Source of the DNA: Verrucomicrobiota bacterium
Lineage (GTDB): Bacteria > Verrucomicrobiota > Verrucomicrobiia > Opitutales > Seribacteraceae
Length of the DNA stretch: 18,996 bases
Direction of reading: 5' to 3'
Assembly: GCA_027622665.1 (NCBI GenBank)
Contig: JAQBYT010000053.1
Span: 1-18,996 of the forward strand
The notes under the pieces were generated by a model. That model ran no database searches. It saw only the letters and a list, made by a program, of their open reading frames with translations, and was not told where the DNA came from. Of this stretch, positions 16,605 through 18,996 are shown piece after piece (within the stretch, counting starts at the first letter, position 1; the number at the start of each line of letters is the position of its first letter). The position numbers and the translations under genes were made by a program.

Positions 16605-18689
16605 ATGAAACCCCTAAGCTTTTCCCTCGCATTGGCGTTAACTGTTTTTGCTCCTCCATCGTTCGGGGCCAAGGGAGACGACCTGCTCCGGCGATACTTC
16701 GAGCTCGAGACGGCCAAGACGGAGGAATCCTTCCTCGCCGGCATCAATTCCAAAGAAGATTGGCTTGCCCGACAGGACAAGTATCGGGGCCAACTCTTCT
16801 CCATGCTCGGTATCGACCCCAACCGTCCGCGAACCGACCTCAAGGCCACGGTCACGGGCAAAGCGGAAGGCACCGGGTTCGTCGTCGAGAAACTTCATTA
16901 TCAATCCAGTCCCGGCCTCTATGTCACGGGCAACCTGTACCTGCCGGCGGAACGCAAGCCGGGGGAGAAATTCCCCGCCATTCTTTATGTCTGCGGTCAC
17001 GGTCGCGTGAAGAAGGGAGGCGTAAGCTATGGAAACAAAGTACACTACCATCACCATGGAGCATGGTTCGCCCGAAACGGTTTCGTCTGCCTCACCATAG
17101 ACACCATCCAGCTTGGCGAGATCGAGGGTCTGCACCACGGCATTTATTCCAAGAACATGTGGTGGTGGGCGTCCCGTGGGTACACGCCTGCCGGCGTCGA
17201 GGCTTGGAACGGCATTCGCGGCATCGACTACCTGCAGTCCCGCCCCGAGGTCGACGGCGAACGCATCGGCGTAACCGGCCGGTCGGGTGGGGGAGCCTAC
17301 AGTTGGTGGGTCGCCGCCCTCGACGAACGCGTAAAGGCCGCCGTCCCCGTTGCCGGTATCACCAGCATGCGTAATCACGTCGTCGACGGCTGCGTGGAGG
17401 GCCATTGCGACTGCATGTACCAAGTCAACGCCGCCCGCTGGGACTATGCCATGATATCTTCCCTCGTCGCGCCTCGCGCTCTCCTTATCTCGAACACCGA
17501 CAAGGATCGCATCTTCCCGCTCGACGGCGTAGTCGACGTCCACCGCAAGACGAAACGGGTCTACGACATGCTCGGCGTCCCCGGCAACCTCGGCCTCCAC
17601 GTCACCGAGGGCCCGCACAAGGATACGCAGGATCTCCGCGTCCACGCCTTCTCATGGTTCAATCGCTTCTTGAAAAAGGAAAATCCGCTCATCGACAAGC
17701 CCGCCGTCAAGTACTTCGAGCCCGAGCAGCTCAAGGTATTCGAAAAACTGCCTGCAGACGAGATCACGAGCAAGATCCACGATACCTTCGTTCCGCAGGT
17801 CGCGCCTCCGCCCGTGCCCAAGGACAAGGCCAGTTGGAACGCCTACCGCAAGGCAACCATGGCGCGGCTCAAGGAGCATGTTTTCGCGGGTTGGCCGGAG
17901 AGCCCCGGCAAGGTCAGCAACAAGAAGGCGCTTGATCTGAAAGCGGACGGCATTCGCCTCGCCGCCTACGATTTCACTTCGCAGCAACCTTGGGAGCTTC
18001 GCCTGTTCGTTGCCCACCGGAAGAACCTGTCCCTGAAGGACGCCGACCTCGTCGTCCTTAACGTTCTCGACGAGAAAGGGTGGGGCGATTTCGCCGCCAC
18101 CTACGGCAAGGCCTTCCCCGAGGCCTTCGAGGGCACGGGAAAGATGCCCGCCCACGCCGCCGAGGCCTTTGGCTCCGACAAACGCATGTTCGAGAACCAA
18201 GACTGGGCCATGGTCTATGTCGCTCCTCGCGGAATCGGTCCCACCGCATGGTCGGGAGACGCCCGCAAGCGCAACCACATCCTCCGTCGCTTCTATCTCC
18301 TTGGCCAGACTCTCGACGGCATGCGCGTCTTCGACGTCGTTCGCTCCGCCCAGGCTCTCCGCGGTATCGAGGGGCTGGGAAAGGCGCCTCTATGGATGCA
18401 GGCCCACGGGCACATGGCCGCCAATCTCCTCTACGCCTCTCTCTATGTGCCCGAAGTTACCCGCTTGGATCTTCACTATCTCCCCGCCTCTCACATGCAG
18501 GGCCCCGCCTACCTGAACGTGCTCCGTCATCTCGATCTCCCTCAGACCGTTGCCCTTGCCGCCGAGCGTGCCCGTGTCGTCCTCTACCAACCCGAGGCCA
18601 AGTACGATCCCTTCCCCGCAAAAGTCGCCAAGGCACTCGAACTCGGCCCCAAGGCCTTCGCCGTGCGAAAGAGCATGGCCGACGAGTAA
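16605..18689 (+). CDS. Secreted alpha/beta hydrolase (acetylxylan esterase-like) with a second, degenerate hydrolase domain
   Basis: Signal peptide (SFG|A). PAILYVCGH, nucleophile elbow TGRSGGG, APRALLI, DRIFP and EGPH. The second domain (APRGIG..LGQTLDGMRVFDV) has QAHGHMA at the nucleophile position. ATG at 16605 is preferred over TTG 16590. Confidence 0.9.
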   Translation: MKPLSFSLALALTVFAPPSFGAKGDDLLRRYFELETAKTEESFLAGINSKEDWLARQDKYRGQLFSMLGIDPNRPRTDLKATVTGKAEGTGFVVEKLHYQSSPGLYVTGNLYLPAERKPGEKFPAILYVCGHGRVKKGGVSYGNKVHYHHHGAWFARNGFVCLTIDTIQLGEIEGLHHGIYSKNMWWWASRGYTPAGVEAWNGIRGIDYLQSRPEVDGERIGVTGRSGGGAYSWWVAALDERVKAAVPVAGITSMRNHVVDGCVEGHCDCMYQVNAARWDYAMISSLVAPRALLISNTDKDRIFPLDGVVDVHRKTKRVYDMLGVPGNLGLHVTEGPHKDTQDLRVHAFSWFNRFLKKENPLIDKPAVKYFEPEQLKVFEKLPADEITSKIHDTFVPQVAPPPVPKDKASWNAYRKATMARLKEHVFAGWPESPGKVSNKKALDLKADGIRLAAYDFTSQQPWELRLFVAHRKNLSLKDADLVVLNVLDEKGWGDFAATYGKAFPEAFEGTGKMPAHAAEAFGSDKRMFENQDWAMVYVAPRGIGPTAWSGDARKRNHILRRFYLLGQTLDGMRVFDVVRSAQALRGIEGLGKAPLWMQAHGHMAANLLYASLYVPEVTRLDLHYLPASHMQGPAYLNVLRHLDLPQTVALAAERARVVLYQPEAKYDPFPAKVAKALELGPKAFAVRKSMADE

Positions 18690-18715
18690 CCTGCCATCCG
18701 GGTTAGTCCGCACCC

Positions 18716-18996
18716 TGTCATTGCGAGGAGCGCAGCGACGCGGCAATCCAGCGACCGTTTGGGCATCCGCCATGTTTTTGCGTTGTCATTGCGAGGAGCG
18801 CAGCGACGCGGCAATCCAGCGGACCGCGTCCGGCAACCCACCGCATCGCCCCGGCATCCCGCATCACGCCTCAGACTGGATTGCCACGTCAGTTCTCTTC
18901 GAGACCTTCCTCGCAATGACAGCACTGGGCCAGGCATCCGAAAACTGAGACGAACCACCCCGCCCATTCACTCCACACCTTGTCATTGCGAGGAGC
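18716..18996. repeat. Cluster of REP-like palindromic repeats (TGTCATTGCGAGGA...GCAATCCAG family)
   Basis: Identical 38-mers at 18716-18753 and 18784-18821, an inverted variant at 18876-18921, and a fourth copy truncated by the window end at 18981-18996. Confidence 0.92.

Noticed and set aside
14219..18967. Long alternative-frame and antisense ORFs (e.g. 14750-15541, 16100-16873, 16638-17645, 18550-18948, 18584-18967)
   Set aside because: Expected by-products of GC-rich codon bias or translated repeats; each overlaps a well-supported gene or the repeat array.
18716..18996. CRISPR array (38-nt repeats separated by 30 nt)
   Set aside because: Only two tandem copies, followed by an inverted variant and irregular spacing, with no cas genes. 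This fits a REP-like element.

Overview
Bacterial chromosomal window. The A/C-rich leaders without Shine-Dalgarno motifs and the gene content suggest a PVC-group organism, probably Verrucomicrobiota; this is an inference. From left to right it holds: the 5' end of a secreted repeat protein, a secreted TPR protein, a CPBP intramembrane protease, a small minus-strand accessory cluster, a hypothetical protein, an M16 peptidase lipoprotein, an ArsC/Spx-family protein, two SDRs, a ribose-type sugar ABC transporter, a divergent UxaE-family epimerase, an SGNH esterase, a two-domain alpha/beta hydrolase and a cluster of GTCATTGCGAGG-type palindromic repeats at the right edge. The accessory cluster comprises an XRE-HTH fused to a degenerate Mrr-like nuclease fold, a SLOG 'molybdenum carrier' pseudogene missing from the ORF track, and a small membrane protein. 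The standout observation is the ABC substrate-binding lipoprotein (10201-11220). Its segments are in the order signal-B-A-C rather than the canonical signal-A-B-C, which is not a simple circular permutation. The relocated segment B is bracketed by a 13/14-nt direct repeat, and the gene sits in an apparently uncharacterised SDR/ABC/UxaE-like sugar pathway.
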